Assembly: GCA_963725865.1 (NCBI GenBank)
Contig: CAVSAC010000010.1
Coordinates: forward strand, 544,001-608,000
Length of the DNA: 64,000 nucleotides
Reading direction: 5' to 3'
Source: Candidatus Eiseniibacteriota bacterium
Lineage (GTDB): Bacteria > Eisenbacteria > RBG-16-71-46
Numbering within the stretch: the stretch's first letter is position 1; each line of letters opens with the position of its first letter. A program made the position numbers and the translations under genes. A model generated the notes under the pieces. It was not told the DNA's origin and ran no database searches. It saw only the letters and a list, made by a program, of their open reading frames with translations. Below, piece after piece: positions 60,586-64,000 of this stretch.

Positions 60586-61980
60586 TCAGGCGTGGATCGC
60601 CCGCCGGGCGACCGCGAGCGCCGCCTCCTTCACCGTTTCGGGCAGCGTGGGGTGGGCGTGGACGGAGCGCGCCACGTCCTCGGCGCTGGCCCCCATCTCC
60701 ATCGCGAACACCAGCTCGGCGATCAGGGTGCTGGCGTGGGGACCGACGATGTGGGCCCCGACGATCCGGTCGGTGGCGGCGTCGGCGAGGATCTTGACCT
60801 GTCCGTCGCGCTCGTTCATCGCGCGGGCCCGGCCATTCGCCAGGAACGGGAACGTTCCGACGTGGACCGCCCGCCCCTGCTCGCGGGCCTGCTCCTCGGT
60901 GAGCCCCACGCCCGCCAGCTCGGGCCACGTGTACACCACGTTCGGGATGCAATCGTACGCGACGTGACCGGCCAGGCCCGCCATGCGCTCGACCGCCGCG
61001 ATGCCCTCCTCCTCCGCCTTGTGCGCGAGCATCGGTCCCGCGATCACGTCGCCGATCGCGAACACGCCGGGCACGTTCGTCTGGTAGTGCGCGTCGACCA
61101 CGATGCGCCCGCGCTCGTCCAACGCGATGCCGAGCTCGCGCGCGCCGAGGCCCTCCGTGTATGGGCGGCGGCCGACCGCGACCAGCAGGACGTCGCAGGT
61201 CTCCTCGCGCGTGCCGTCCCCGGTCGCGACCGTGACGCGCACGGTCGCACCGTCGACGCGCGCCGACTGGGCCGAGGCCTTGAACGTGAACGTGAGCCCC
61301 TGCCGCTCGAGCGCCTTGCGGAGGATCTCGGCGCTCTGCTGATCGGTGCCCGGGACGATGCGATCGAGGAACTCGATCACATGCACCTCGGCACCCAATC
61401 GCCGCCACACCGAGCCCAGCTCGAGTCCGATCGCGCCGGCGCCCACGACGATCAGCCGCTTCGGCACCTCGGGCAGCGTGAGCGCGTCGGTCGAGTGCAC
61501 GATGCGGCGGCCGTCGAACGCGATGCCGGGCAGCGCCGCGGGCTTGCTGCCGGTGGCGATCAGGATGCGCTTCGCCTCCAGTACGCGCGCTCCGTCCGCG
61601 CTCGCGACCTCGATCGCGCCCGCGCTGGTCAGGCGTGCCGCTCCGATCACCCGCGTGACCTTGTTCTTCTTGAACAGCCCGTCGATCCCCTGCACCAGGC
61701 TCCGCACCACCGTGTCCTTGCGCTTGAGCATGGTCGCGAGGTCGAGCGCCACCGTGGCCTTCACGCCGTGCGCCGCCAGGTGGTCGCGCGCGTACGCGAA
61801 GTGCTCGCTCGAATCGAGCAGCGCCTTGCTCGGGATGCAGCCCACGTTCAGGCAGGTGCCGCCGAGCGTCGGGTACTTCTCGATGCAGGCGACCCGCATG
61901 CCGAGCTGCGCCGCGCGGATGGCAGCCACGTAGCCGCCGGGCCCGGAGCCGATGACGATCAGGTCGAAGGACTCGCTCAT
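60586..61980 (-). CDS. lpdA: Dihydrolipoyl dehydrogenase (E3)
   Basis: GSGPGGYVAAIRAAQLG, GGTCLNVGCIPSK, PMLAHKAEEEG, HAHPTLPE. Confidence 0.97.
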   Translation of the reverse strand: MSESFDLIVIGSGPGGYVAAIRAAQLGMRVACIEKYPTLGGTCLNVGCIPSKALLDSSEHFAYARDHLAAHGVKATVALDLATMLKRKDTVVRSLVQGIDGLFKKNKVTRVIGAARLTSAGAIEVASADGARVLEAKRILIATGSKPAALPGIAFDGRRIVHSTDALTLPEVPKRLIVVGAGAIGLELGSVWRRLGAEVHVIEFLDRIVPGTDQQSAEILRKALERQGLTFTFKASAQSARVDGATVRVTVATGDGTREETCDVLLVAVGRRPYTEGLGARELGIALDERGRIVVDAHYQTNVPGVFAIGDVIAGPMLAHKAEEEGIAAVERMAGLAGHVAYDCIPNVVYTWPELAGVGLTEEQAREQGRAVHVGTFPFLANGRARAMNERDGQVKILADAATDRIVGAHIVGPHASTLIAELVFAMEMGASAEDVARSVHAHPTLPETVKEAALAVARRAIHA

Positions 61981-62023
61981 GGCAGGCGCGGCCTCCGCGC
62001 CGCGCGGGGTGGAACGCGGGCAC

Positions 62024-63326
62024 TCACAGGTCCAGCAGCATGCGCTCGGGGTCCTCGAGGCGTTCCTTGACCCTCACCAGGAACGTGACCGACTGCTCGC
62101 CGTCGACGATGCGGTGGTCGTACGAGAGCGCCACGTACATCATCGGGCGGATCACCACCTGGTCGCCTACCGCGATCGGGCGCTTCTCGATCTTGTGCAT
62201 GCCGAGGATGCCGCTCTGCGGCGGATTGAGGATCGGGGTCGACAGCAGGCTGCCGTACACGCCGCCGTTCGAGATCGTGAACGTGCCGCCCATGATCTCG
62301 TCGAGCGCGATCGAGCCGTCGCGCGCCCGCGCGGCCAGCCGTGCGATCTCGCGCTCGATCCCCGCCAGGTCGAGCCGGTCCGCGTGCTTCACCACCGGCA
62401 CCACCAGCCCGCGGTCGGTCCCCACCGCGACGCCCATGTGCACGCTCTGGTGGTAGACGAGATCGGTGCCGCGGATCTCGGCGTTCAGCTCGGGCACGTC
62501 GCGCAGCGCGTGCACGCACGCGCGCGTGAAGAAGCCCATGAAGCCGAGCCGCACGCCATGCTTCTTCTCGAAGCCATCCTTGTAGCGCGCGCGCAGGTCG
62601 AGCACCGCGCTCATGTCGATCTCGTTGAACGTGGTGAGGATCGCCGCCGTCTGCTGCGCCTTCACCAGCTTCTCGGCGATGCGCTGGCGGATGCGGCTCA
62701 TCGGCACCACGCGATCCTCGTCGTCGCCCGCCGCGGCCGGGACCGCCGGCGCGATGCGCGCGGGCGCCGGGGCTGCGGGCGCCGGGGTGGCAGCCGGCGG
62801 GGCCGCGGGCATCGCTGCGGCGCGCAGGGCGTCCTCCTTCAGCACGCGCCCGCCCGGGCCGCTGCCCGCGATGCGCGCGGGATCGAGACCCGCCTCCTCG
62901 GCGATGCGCCGCACCGCCGGGCCGAACGCCGCCGCGGTCGCGCCCGCCGGCGCGGTGGGAGCACTCACAGCGGGCACGCCGCCAGCGACCGGCGCCGGCG
63001 CCGTTCGTGTCGCCGGCGCCGCCGCCTTCGCGGGCTCTGGCGGTGCGGACCGCGCCGCTGGCGCGGGCGGGCCCGCCGCCGGCGGCGCCTCGCCGGGCTC
63101 GATGCGTGCGAGCACGTCGTCCACCTTCACCGTCTCGCCCACCTGGCGCGCGTGATGCAGCACGCCGACTCTGGTCGGCGGGGATCTCCACCGCGGCCTT
63201 GTCGGTCTCCAGCGTCGCGACCGGCTCGCCCTCGCGCACCGGGGTGCCATCGCCCCGCAGCCACTCGACGAGCACCGCCTCGGAGATCGATTCCGCGAGC
63301 CGCGGGACCCTGAGCTCGACGCTCAT
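62024..63326 (-). CDS. sucB: 2-oxoglutarate dehydrogenase E2, with a +1 frameshift near 63168
   Basis: Lipoyl domain MSVELRVP...[11 protein letters not shown] in one frame; GVLHH...[12 protein letters not shown]...SYDHRIVDG in the next; span 1303 = 3n+1. Confidence 0.93.
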
Positions 63327-64000
63327 CGTGCCCCTCCCGGCCGGGCCCCGGCCGGCGTGCCCGACTCGCGCCGCGACGCGCGCGGGCGCGGGGCCGGATC
63401 GCTCTGCGCGAACGCTTTCACGATCAACTCCTTCTCCTGCTCGACATGCATGTGGTAGTAGCCGGTGGCCGGGGTCGACGCCTCGCCGCGCGCGATCACG
63501 CGCAGCGCGCCGCCCTCCGGCAGCACGCCCTCGAGCCGATGGCGCAGGTGCCGCCACGCGCCCATGTTGATCGGTTCCTCCTGCACCCAGCGCACGTCCA
63601 GCGCGCGGTCGTAGCGACGGAACAGCGTCACCAGCTCCTGGGTCGGGAACGGATAGAGCTGCTCGACGCGCACGATCGCGACGTCGGGCCGCGGTCGCGC
63701 GGCGCGCTCCTCGAGCAGCGCGTACGAGAAGCGCCCCGAGGTGAGCAGCACGCTGCGCACCGCGCCCGGCTCGGCCTGCGCGTCGTCGAGCACCGCGTGG
63801 AAGCCGCCGCCGCTCAGCTCCGCGGCCGGCGAGATCGCGAGCTTGTGCCGCAGCAGGCTCTTGGGACTCATGATGACGAGCGGCTTGCGGAAGCGCCGCC
63901 GCAGCTGGCGCCGCAGCACGTGGAACAGCTGCGCGGGCGTGGTGAGGTTGCACACCTGCATGTTGCCCTGCGCGCACAGCTCGAGGAAGCGCTCCAGGCG
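63323..64000 (-). CDS. sucA: 2-oxoglutarate dehydrogenase E1, C-terminal part
   Basis: RLERFLELCAQGNMQVCN, KPLVIMSPKSLLRH, RVEQLYPFP, WVQEEPINMGAW. Confidence 0.95.
   Translation of the reverse strand, partial: RLERFLELCAQGNMQVCNLTTPAQLFHVLRRQLRRRFRKPLVIMSPKSLLRHKLAISPAAELSGGGFHAVLDDAQAEPGAVRSVLLTSGRFSYALLEERAARPRPDVAIVRVEQLYPFPTQELVTLFRRYDRALDVRWVQEEPINMGAWRHLRHRLEGVLPEGGALRVIARGEASTPATGYYHMHVEQEKELIVKAFAQSDPAPRPRASRRESGTPAGARPGGAR

Overview
Very GC-rich chromosomal window from a diderm bacterium. Several secreted proteins end in FlgD-Ig/T9SS-like C-terminal domains, which suggests an FCB-related candidate lineage such as Ca. Eisenbacteria (inference, not tested). In order, the window holds: the start of a Wzx/Wzc/Wza polysaccharide operon led by a PglF-type dehydratase fused to a degenerate PglC-type domain; gltX with tRNA-Gln(CTG) and tRNA-Glu(CTC); a gingipain-like C25 protease; a UvrD helicase-nuclease and suhB; a GWxTD/TPR protein; gdhA plus a REC/PPDK_N protein; an FG-GAP protein; a ~26 kb alpha-glucan locus (31.9-57.7 kb); dedA, an MBL hydrolase and a DUF4114-like secreted protein; and lpdA-sucB-sucA. 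The alpha-glucan locus is the main candidate for a new system. It has two exported GH13 enzymes, MalEFG/K, eight AMPK/CBM48-like domains, three DOMON/CBM9-like proteins, a PorV-like barrel and two unknown beta-barrels (one CBM48-fused), but no recognisable SusC/SusD or LamB. Two unrelated secreted proteins also share a short C-terminal tail, TP-x4-(S/T)(W/F)GxLKxxYR, a candidate sorting signal. Three +1 frameshifts, one in housekeeping sucB, are most likely sequencing errors. I saw no CRISPR array, integrase or transposase. All family calls come from motifs read by eye; no searches were run.
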